From assembly GCA_030823955.1 (NCBI GenBank), contig JAVBYO010000006.1, forward strand, positions 6,951 through 70,950: DNA of 64,000 nucleotides. The letters run 5' to 3'. The position numbers were made by a program, and so were the translations under genes. A model generated the notes under the pieces. The model saw only the letters and a list, made by a program, of their open reading frames with translations. It made no database searches and was not told where the DNA came from. Of the stretch, positions 57,077 through 64,000 are shown piece after piece. Positions within the stretch are counted from its first letter, which is position 1; every line of letters starts with the position of its first letter. The stretch is from Gallionellaceae bacterium. GTDB taxonomy: Bacteria; Pseudomonadota; Gammaproteobacteria; Burkholderiales; Gallionellaceae.

Positions 57077-58456
57077 ATGACACGGGAACACCTTCTCCCG
57101 TATCATCACGGCATTCAGTGCGCCGCGCCTCCCGCCATGCAAAACGATCCGATCTCCGAGACCTCCAGCAGCCGCGAAACCATCCTCAATCTGTTGCGCA
57201 AACACCAGCTGGTGGAAGGCATGGTGCGCAAGCAGGATATGCCGCACCATGATCTGGTCGAGACACTGGTACGCAAACAGAATCTGGCCAAACTGAAGCA
57301 GGTGCTGAATGAAACCACCCCGGCGGAAGTCGCCCGCATCCTCGAGGAACTCTCCCCCGAAGACCAGATGTTCATGTGGGACCAGCTCGATGAAGGCCGC
57401 AAGGAGCTGGTGCTGCGCGATGTGCCGATCTCGGTGTTGAACGCCCTGGGAAAACGCGAGTTCAAGAACGAAAGATCCAGTATCAAAGCGTTCGGCCTGC
57501 ATGAAGGTCGTCTGCGCGAGATCACCATCAACACCAGCGAAGAACTGCTCGGCACAAAACCGGTGTGGATAGACCTGGTCGGTCCCAGTTTCGAGGAACG
57601 CACCTGGGTCGGCGGTATCTTCGGGATCGAGCTACCCGATCCGGCCAAGCTGAGCGACCTTGAATCCAGCGCCCGTTTCTATGTCGAAGAGAACGGCGAG
57701 ATCCATCTGCATTCCGACTTCCTGCTCGACCTCGAAGACGAGTCGCGCAACGTCGCGGTGGCCTTCATCCTGTATCAGGACATCCTGTTCTCGGTGCGCT
57801 CGGAAGAGTTGCCGGTGTTCCGTTTGCAGCGCCTGCGCGCTTTCTCGCAACCGAACTACGTTTCCGATTCGCGCGACGTGTTGCTCGATTTGTACGCTGC
57901 CGATGCGGAATATTCGGCGGATGCGCTGGAGAACATCTATCGCGGCCTGGAAGCGGTCGGCAAACAGGTGCTCAGCAAACAGATGACCGATGAGGAGGCC
58001 GCCAAGATACTGGTCGCCATCGCCCACGAGGAAGATCTGAACGGGCGCATCCGCCGCAATGTGCTGGATACGCGCCGTGCGGTCTCGTTCCTGATGCGCA
58101 GCAAGTTCCTCGAACGGCAACAATTGGAAGATGCCCAGCAGATCCTGCGCGACATCGAGTCACTCGACGGACACACCACCTTCCTGTTCGGCAAGATCAA
58201 CTTCCTGATGGATGCCACCGTCGGCTTCATCAACATCAACCAGAACAAGGTGATCAAACGCCTGACGGTGTTGAGTGTGGTGTTCATGCCGCTCAATGTG
58301 CTGGCCGGCATCGGCGGCATGTCGGAATTTTCGATGATGACCCAAGGCATCCCCTGGCCGCTCGCTTACACCCTGTTCACCGCCGGCCTGTTCCTCGTGG
58401 GCTGGCTCACCTACGTGTTCCTGAAGTTCATCGAGCAGCGCGAAAAATCGAAGTGA
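57077..58456 (+). CDS. CorA-family divalent cation channel with a variant pore-loop motif
   Basis: Two C-terminal TM helices. FMPLNVLAGIGGMSEF sits where canonical CorA has YGMNF. Long N-terminal cytoplasmic domain. Alternative ATG at 57137. Confidence 0.8.
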   Translation: MTREHLLPYHHGIQCAAPPAMQNDPISETSSSRETILNLLRKHQLVEGMVRKQDMPHHDLVETLVRKQNLAKLKQVLNETTPAEVARILEELSPEDQMFMWDQLDEGRKELVLRDVPISVLNALGKREFKNERSSIKAFGLHEGRLREITINTSEELLGTKPVWIDLVGPSFEERTWVGGIFGIELPDPAKLSDLESSARFYVEENGEIHLHSDFLLDLEDESRNVAVAFILYQDILFSVRSEELPVFRLQRLRAFSQPNYVSDSRDVLLDLYAADAEYSADALENIYRGLEAVGKQVLSKQMTDEEAAKILVAIAHEEDLNGRIRRNVLDTRRAVSFLMRSKFLERQQLEDAQQILRDIESLDGHTTFLFGKINFLMDATVGFININQNKVIKRLTVLSVVFMPLNVLAGIGGMSEFSMMTQGIPWPLAYTLFTAGLFLVGWLTYVFLKFIEQREKSK

Positions 58457-58465
58457 GCCTGCGGC

Positions 58466-59164
58466 TCAGGGGATCTCGACATCATCCATGCGCGACAGGA
58501 TGATGTCGGTCTTGCGCATCAGTCCCCTGGCTTCGCGGTGTTTGTCGTAATAACGCGGATTGGGCACCATCGCGGCGAGTTTCGCCGCCTGAAAAGAATT
58601 CAGTTGCGCCGCCGTGGTGCGGTAGTAATAACGCGCGGCAGCTTCCGCGCCGAACACGCCGTTCCCCCATTCGATCACGTTCAGATAGATCTCGAAGATA
58701 CGTTCCTTGTCCATCATGCTCTCCAGCATCAGAGTGATGATGACTTCTTCGCCCTTGCGCCACGGTGTGCGTTTGGTGGAAAGGAAAAGATTCTTGGCCA
58801 GTTGCTGACTGATGGTGGAGCCGCCCGCCACGATCTTGCCCTTCTTCAGGTTCTTCTCGTACGCCTTCTGGATACCTTCCCAGTCGAAACCCTCGTGATC
58901 GACGAACTTGGCATCTTCCGAAGCAATGAGCGCGCGCTTGAGATTGCCGGATATCTTTTTATAAGGCACCCACTGATGCTTCAATACCGCGTCCGGATTC
59001 TTGTCCTGCATCACCTCCAGGCGGTCATCCATGAACGAACTGGACGCCGGATTGTGGTCTATCCACCACCACACGTGCACCGCGATCCATGCCTGATACA
59101 GCAGCATAAAAACGAACAGCCCCAAGAAGATGCGCCACGACCAGCGCCATATTTTTTTTATCAT
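58466..59164 (-). CDS. mtgA: Monofunctional peptidoglycan glycosyltransferase
   Basis: ASEDAKF, GGSTISQQLAKN, RKGEE. ATGA overlap with aroE. Confidence 0.9.
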   Translation of the reverse strand: MIKKIWRWSWRIFLGLFVFMLLYQAWIAVHVWWWIDHNPASSSFMDDRLEVMQDKNPDAVLKHQWVPYKKISGNLKRALIASEDAKFVDHEGFDWEGIQKAYEKNLKKGKIVAGGSTISQQLAKNLFLSTKRTPWRKGEEVIITLMLESMMDKERIFEIYLNVIEWGNGVFGAEAAARYYYRTTAAQLNSFQAAKLAAMVPNPRYYDKHREARGLMRKTDIILSRMDDVEIP

Positions 59165-59967
59165 GGCCGCAGACTCGCGATCACGGGTGCCGTGTCCGGG
59201 CGCACTTCGCGCCATTTGCAAAATGCCTCCGCCGCCTGCTCCACCAGCATACCCAGACCGTCGGCCAACCGTGCCGCGCCCTGCGCGGCGGCGAACTTCA
59301 GGAACGGCGTCTGCTTGCCATACATCATGTCGTAAGCCAGCGCGTTCGGCGCAAACAGGCCGTCAGGCAGCGGCGGCAACTCATCCGTCAGGCTGCTCGA
59401 TGTCGCATTCACCACCACATCGAATTTTTTGCCGGCGAGTGCCGCATAACTGCTGGCACAGACCGTGCCGTAAGGCGCGAACTCACTCACCATCTGTTGC
59501 GCCTTTTCCAGCGTGCGATTGGCGACGGTGATGGTCGCACCGGCATTGAACAATTGCCAGATCACCCCGTGCGCCGCGCCGCCCGCCCCCATCAGCAGCA
59601 CTTTTTTGAACAGCAGCTTGCATTGCAGATTCTGCTCAATATCGGTGAGTAATCCCGCGCCGTCGGTATTGTCACCCAGCACCTGCCCGTCCCTGAAAAA
59701 CAGCGTGTTCACTGCCTGTGCCGCCTGCGCACGTCCGGTGAGCTGCTTGCAAAGCTGGAACGCTTCGAACTTGAACGGCACCGTGACGTTGCAGCCTTTA
59801 TAACCTTCCTGCACCAAACGCTCGATGGTGGCTTTGAAACCGTCCAGTGGCGCTTCGATGGCCTGATAAGAGATATCTTGCTGCGTCTGGGCGGCAAAAG
59901 CCTGGTGGATCAGCGGCGACTTGCTGTGTGATATGGGGTGGCCGATGACGGCATATTTGTCGGTCAT
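59161..59967 (-). CDS. aroE: Shikimate dehydrogenase
   Basis: IGHPISHSKSP, NVTVPFK, GAGGAA. Confidence 0.9.
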   Translation of the reverse strand: MTDKYAVIGHPISHSKSPLIHQAFAAQTQQDISYQAIEAPLDGFKATIERLVQEGYKGCNVTVPFKFEAFQLCKQLTGRAQAAQAVNTLFFRDGQVLGDNTDGAGLLTDIEQNLQCKLLFKKVLLMGAGGAAHGVIWQLFNAGATITVANRTLEKAQQMVSEFAPYGTVCASSYAALAGKKFDVVVNATSSSLTDELPPLPDGLFAPNALAYDMMYGKQTPFLKFAAAQGAARLADGLGMLVEQAAEAFCKWREVRPDTAPVIASLRP

Positions 59968-60156
59968 GCTGGTTCAAAGAAGATGAGATGGCGCGGATTA
60001 TAGCCGCTTGCCCCCGCGCGAGCGGATGTACCGAGTGTCGCCACAATGGCAGCACCACTTCCCTTTGATGGCAGACTCAGCACTCCTGTGCAACGCAGCC
60101 AGGCCAATCTTATTATCCCGCTGTTTTATTTGAATGATTTATTTTAGCGCCAACCC

Positions 60157-60183
60157 TAAAGGTCGTCAGGAATATGCCGATAG
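60157..60183 (+). promoter_or_regulatory. Sigma28 (FliA)-type promoter
   Basis: TAAA (60157-60160), exactly 15 nt, then GCCGATAG (60176-60183), versus the consensus TAAA-N15-GCCGATAA. Confidence 0.55.
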
Positions 60184-60221
60184 CTACATCACTAACCGTA
60201 CTTTCAACGAAAGGCCGCATC

Positions 60222-60416
60222 ATGGAAATCAACTCAGGTCATTCAAACGTGCAGATTGCCATCGCCGTTCAGCCACAGAACAAGCCCGCGCAAAGACAGA
60301 CTGCGGAATACGGCAATGATGACAACGCCGTCACCTCGGTCATACGCACAGTCCCCGCCCCCTCCATCAATACCCGTGGCGAGGAAGTCGGCAACCTCAT
60401 CAATACGTGGGCCTGA
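60222..60416 (+). CDS. Hypothetical 64-aa protein co-transcribed with flaG
   Basis: First ATG downstream of the sigma28-type promoter, with a weak Shine-Dalgarno sequence (gaaagg). No family recognised. Confidence 0.4.
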   Translation: MEINSGHSNVQIAIAVQPQNKPAQRQTAEYGNDDNAVTSVIRTVPAPSINTRGEEVGNLINTWA

Positions 60417-60444
60417 CCCCGGATAGCGGCAGGAAAGGTTGATC

Positions 60445-60822
60445 ATGACCATTTCTTCCATCACCACAAGATCGGTGACCGTCAGCACCAGCGAGAGCAC
60501 ACGTGTCTATGCGCCGACGCGTGCGATGCTGACCGAACAACCCGCCAAGACGGCGGATGCACGTTCGTTCGTGCGCGAAGCCGCGCCGGAGCTTGTCGCA
60601 AAAGCCGTGGAACAAGTGAATGAAGCTTTTGCGGAAAAAGGCAAGAATCTGCACGCGCTGATCGAAAGGGACGAAGCCACGGGAATCAGTGTGGTCAAGG
60701 TGCTGGATAAGTCCACCGAAGAAGTGATCAGCCAGTTTCCTTCCAAAGAGGTGCTGGCCATCGCCGAAGCGATCCGGCAATATCAGGAAGAGAAAGGGCA
60801 ACTGCTCGACGTCAGCGCCTGA
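60445..60822 (+). CDS. flaG: FlaG family flagellar protein
   Basis: ERDEATGISVVKVLDKSTEEVISQFPSKEVLAIAE is the FlaG core. ATG at 60445 follows AGGAAAGG. Confidence 0.75.
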   Translation: MTISSITTRSVTVSTSESTRVYAPTRAMLTEQPAKTADARSFVREAAPELVAKAVEQVNEAFAEKGKNLHALIERDEATGISVVKVLDKSTEEVISQFPSKEVLAIAEAIRQYQEEKGQLLDVSA

Positions 60823-60926
60823 CCTCCCCGTTTCACGTTCACCTGCCTCCCCAAAAAACACCCTCAAGAAACGCCCTGTATGGCCGATAACTATCCTGTA
60901 GTTCGGATATTTCGGAGAGCCCACAC

Positions 60927-61193
60927 ATGAAAATCGTTACCTGCCTGTTTGTCGCTTTACTCGCTACGTCTCTGTCAGGCTGTGCTATCCCGACACGGGA
61001 GAGTGTGATGGATTCATGGATGGGGCATCACGAATCGGAACTGGTCTCGAATTTCGGGGAGCCCTCCATGGCCATGCGCAACCGCGAAGGAATGGTCATC
61101 CTGACCTGGGACGAACTCGACTGCGTCAAATCTTTCACCGTGGATGCTTCTGGTGAGGTGGTGAACTGGGACCATCTGTGCGCGTCGTCCTGA
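60927..61193 (+). CDS. Small lipoprotein
   Basis: Lipobox LSGC after a hydrophobic signal peptide. Confidence 0.55.
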   Translation: MKIVTCLFVALLATSLSGCAIPTRESVMDSWMGHHESELVSNFGEPSMAMRNREGMVILTWDELDCVKSFTVDASGEVVNWDHLCASS

Positions 61194-61199
61194 ACCCGC

Positions 61200-62057
61200 C
61201 TACTCGCTTTGTAACTGGTCGTTGCTGGTGAACGACCAAGTGCGGGTGATACTGAGCACGTCGGTCTCTTTGCGGATGTCGGGCGGAAACACCGCATAGG
61301 GTGCGGCAAGTTTGACGATGCGCATGGCGGCGGCATCTAGGATACGCTGCCCGGAGGAGCGGTTGATCTCCACACTTTCCAAACTGCCGTCGGCACGGAT
61401 AGAGACCGTGAGCGTCAGCTTGCCGTAGATCTTCTGGTCCCGCGCCTGCTGCGGATAGTTCATGTTGCCGATACGCTCCACCTTGCCACGCCAATCCTCG
61501 ACATATTGGGCATAACGGTATTCCTGAGTGCGCGCGCCGATGAATTTGCGTTTGGGCAGCTTCTCGTAAGACTCCAGACTCTTGCTGATCTGTGCTTCCA
61601 GCCGGGCGATCTCCAGCGCGCGCTGCACTAGCTCCTCGCCACTCACATCGTTGGCGACCGGCTTCTTCTCGGTCTTTTCCTGCGCCACGCTGTAATTGCT
61701 TTTCAGTTGCGTAAGTAAACGCTTCGTCTCCTGCTCCAATTGCTGCACGCGCCGCGCCGACTGTTCCAGCGAGAACGTCTCACCGTCGCCCAACACCGGC
61801 AACGGTGTCTTGGCAGAACGGTCCTCGGAAGTATTACCGCCCCCGTCCAGATTATGCTGCGCCATCTTGGTCGCATTACTGGGCCTGCTGTGCGACTTGC
61901 TGTTGACCAGCACCACTTCCAGCGGTTGCAGCGGTGTGCTGAGAGTCTTGCCCAAATCCGGGAACGCGATGCCGACACCGAACAGTACAAAAGCGTGCAT
62001 GCCGAGCGAAAAAGCTGCGGCCAACACGATGCGCTGTTTGAGCATCTGCCACATCAT
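61200..62057 (-). CDS. tonB: TonB-family energy transducer
   Basis: N-terminal TM anchor. The C-terminal TonB_C pattern is YPQQARDQKIYGKLTLTVSIRADGSLESVEINRSSGQRILDAAA. Confidence 0.75.
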   Translation of the reverse strand: MMWQMLKQRIVLAAAFSLGMHAFVLFGVGIAFPDLGKTLSTPLQPLEVVLVNSKSHSRPSNATKMAQHNLDGGGNTSEDRSAKTPLPVLGDGETFSLEQSARRVQQLEQETKRLLTQLKSNYSVAQEKTEKKPVANDVSGEELVQRALEIARLEAQISKSLESYEKLPKRKFIGARTQEYRYAQYVEDWRGKVERIGNMNYPQQARDQKIYGKLTLTVSIRADGSLESVEINRSSGQRILDAAAMRIVKLAAPYAVFPPDIRKETDVLSITRTWSFTSNDQLQSE

Positions 62058-63907
62058 GCAGGCGTCGCCTCCACTGCCGCGACAAAACGCGCATCGAAAT
62101 TCAGATCGAGCAGATCGATCTCGCCGATCTCCAAGGTGGCACGGGTATTGGGCGGCAATTCGGGCAACGAGGGAATACGGCTCACCAGCGGGATGTCCAC
62201 CAGTTTGACCAGATTCTCACGCAACACCCATACCTCGGTCTGCCGCACCTGCTCCTGCAACAACCAGCGCAAACACCAGTAGCGTTCCATCTGGCGCTGG
62301 AAATCGTTGTAGAGCGTGTAGGCCGCATCGAAATCGCGCAGGATGGTGAACAGGCCGGTATCGTTTCTGGCGTAGACGGGCGGCTCGTTGCGCAACAGGC
62401 TGATGATCTGGCGCTGGTTGACCAGATCGACATAACGGCGCAACGGCGAACTCGACCACATGTATTGCGCCACGCCCAGCCCCTGGTGCGGTGCCGCGAC
62501 CGTGCTCATCTTCACCTTGCCGTTGTTCTGCGTGCGATATATCCCGGCCACGTCGTGGTCGGCGAGCAGCTTCCCCCACGTACTGTTAACCAGGATCATC
62601 AGCTCCGACACCACCTTGTCGATGGGGGAGCCGCGCAGGCGGTTGCTGATGGTGATGCGGTCATCTTCCACATGGAAGTTGTAATCGATCTGCTGTGTGC
62701 TGTTGTCGGCGGACTTGCCGCGCAGTGCCTCCAGCTTGTTGGCGAACTGCCACAACAGGGCAAGTTCGTTGGCATAAGCGTAATCTCGCTTATCCTCGGC
62801 GATACTGGCCTCGTTGAACAAAGGCTCCAGCGTGTCGTGGCGCAGGTTGGCCGCGATATGCAGACGCTCCAGACTGCTGCTGCTGTTCAACACCTCGAGG
62901 GTCGCCGCGTCCACCTCCAAATACAGCGACAGCGCCGGGCAGACCTTGTCGGCACACAGGGTGAACGCCTGCACCACACTATCCGGCAACATGGTGATCT
63001 TGTCGCCGGGCATATACACAGTGGACAACCGTTGCGCGGCGATGGCATCGAGAGGTGTGCCCGGCAACATCCCCAGCGCCGGTGCGGCGATGTGGATACC
63101 GACGCGCCAATTACCGTTTTCCGCGCGCGCCAGCGAGAAGGCATCGTCGATCTCGGTGGTGCTGGCATCGTCGATACTGAAAGCATTCACCGCCGCCAAA
63201 GGCAATTCGGCATAAGCCTCCACGCCGATCTCGGGGAAGCCTATGCCCCCGGGGAAGTTCTCGAACAGGAAACGATGCAAATGGTAATCGCGCGTGGAAG
63301 GCAACGCGCCGCAACGATGCAGCAGGTGTGCCGCCGAAAGGTGGGTGGCCGCACACGCAGCCTCCAGCGCTTTCACCTCCAGTGTATTGCGATCCGGCTT
63401 GTACAAGATCTGCGGCAAGTGGGCGGCAAATTCGGCGGGCAAAGTGAACGCGGTCAGCTCTTCCACATAACGCGCCTGCAACAACGCTTGCTGGCGCTTC
63501 TTCTCGGCACTTGCCAGCGCCGACTTCAGCGCTTCCGGCGGTGCCGCCTTGTAGTGCCCCTTGCCTTTCTTGTAGAAATGCATGGGCGAGGCGTGTAAGC
63601 GGATCAGCGTCCCGGCGGCTTCGACAGGGGTCGGTGTATGCCCGAAATATTCCTGTGCGAGCATGTCGAAAGCGAACTCCTCGGACGGGCAGGATTCCCA
63701 CAGGAAATCGACATCGATAGCGGCCGAGATGCTCTCCGCCTGGGCCAAAAAATCCCCCAGACCCGGCTGGGCGAAACGCAACATCACATTGGCAGATTTG
63801 ATCTTGCTGCGTTTGCCGTGGGCGTTCTCCACCTGCAGCGAGGTCACGTTGTCCGCAAGGATGCTGCCGACCTTGAAACCGCCGTCTTCTTCGTAAAAAA
63901 TATTCAT
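62054..63907 (-). CDS. RNB-domain 3'-5' exoribonuclease (RNase II family)
   Basis: IDDASTTEIDDAFS and SSPLRRYVDL RNB motifs. Overlaps the tonB start by 4 nt. Confidence 0.85.
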   Translation of the reverse strand: MNIFYEEDGGFKVGSILADNVTSLQVENAHGKRSKIKSANVMLRFAQPGLGDFLAQAESISAAIDVDFLWESCPSEEFAFDMLAQEYFGHTPTPVEAAGTLIRLHASPMHFYKKGKGHYKAAPPEALKSALASAEKKRQQALLQARYVEELTAFTLPAEFAAHLPQILYKPDRNTLEVKALEAACAATHLSAAHLLHRCGALPSTRDYHLHRFLFENFPGGIGFPEIGVEAYAELPLAAVNAFSIDDASTTEIDDAFSLARAENGNWRVGIHIAAPALGMLPGTPLDAIAAQRLSTVYMPGDKITMLPDSVVQAFTLCADKVCPALSLYLEVDAATLEVLNSSSSLERLHIAANLRHDTLEPLFNEASIAEDKRDYAYANELALLWQFANKLEALRGKSADNSTQQIDYNFHVEDDRITISNRLRGSPIDKVVSELMILVNSTWGKLLADHDVAGIYRTQNNGKVKMSTVAAPHQGLGVAQYMWSSSPLRRYVDLVNQRQIISLLRNEPPVYARNDTGLFTILRDFDAAYTLYNDFQRQMERYWCLRWLLQEQVRQTEVWVLRENLVKLVDIPLVSRIPSLPELPPNTRATLEIGEIDLLDLNFDARFVAAVEATPA

Positions 63908-64000
63908 CAGGAATCACGCCAAAATCGAGCTGCGATTATAACCCAGCGCAATCGCCCAGAACTTTGTTCGTGTTAAGCTGTCCGAGTACCCGCCTCCGCA

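Noticed and set aside
1-64000. rRNA, tRNA, tmRNA, transposase, integrase and prophage genes
   Set aside because: I scanned the intergenic regions and ORF translations. I saw no cloverleaf-compatible segments, no DDE or tyrosine/serine recombinase motifs, and no phage structural genes.

Overview
GC-rich proteobacterial chromosome segment. On single 60-nt lines I hand-counted, core genes run about 60-73% GC. Gene content and order look betaproteobacterial, but that taxon call is only a guess. I found no rRNA, tRNA, CRISPR array, transposase or integrase. The window has four parts. (1) 1-18.5 kb is mostly housekeeping: a 5'-truncated PAS-GGDEF-EAL gene, a translationally coupled hemerythrin/HPP/SirB2/kinase string, a flavoprotein, cytochrome b561, then a complete minus-strand isc operon (iscR-iscS-iscU-iscA-hscB-hscA-fdx-iscX) with dsbB at its 3' end and cysE and trmJ upstream, followed by suhB, a PiT phosphate transporter and its DUF47 partner. 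(2) 18.5-37.9 kb is a dense signalling island. Five tightly packed minus-strand genes encode a stand-alone sensor whose N-terminus matches the plant/cyanobacterial ethylene-binding domain, a membrane hybrid kinase, an OprD-type porin, a solute-binding-domain hybrid kinase, and a REC-REC-GAF-PAS-GGDEF(degenerate)-EAL-REC protein. Divergent from these is an operon of REC-HD-GYP, a hemerythrin-fused histidine kinase and a PAS-GAF histidine kinase, which converges on a REC/pseudo-REC protein. (3) mutS (38.1-40.8 kb) carries an in-frame 97-bp palindromic repeat element. It is followed by a roughly 5.5 kb accessory island (40.8-46.3 kb) of small unrelated genes: two strongly AT-rich orphans, a Cys-phosphatase plus atypical-kinase bicistron, ccdAB, an orphan AbrB-type antitoxin with a 7-codon toxin remnant, DUF3301 and a 76-aa ORF. 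Nine copies of a 22-25 bp direct repeat sit at the gene boundaries. I read this as a cassette array with attC-like sites and no integrase in view, which needs checking. (4) 46.3-64 kb is housekeeping again: selO, two hydrolases, a GGDEF cyclase, DUF2461, slyD, bcp, roxA-like, an MBL hydrolase, bamC-dapA, a corA-like gene, mtgA-aroE, a sigma28-type promoter driving a small ORF and flaG, tonB, and an RNB ribonuclease. Coordinates of revised starts come from codon arithmetic on the ORF track plus a visual check of the start codon and Shine-Dalgarno sequence.
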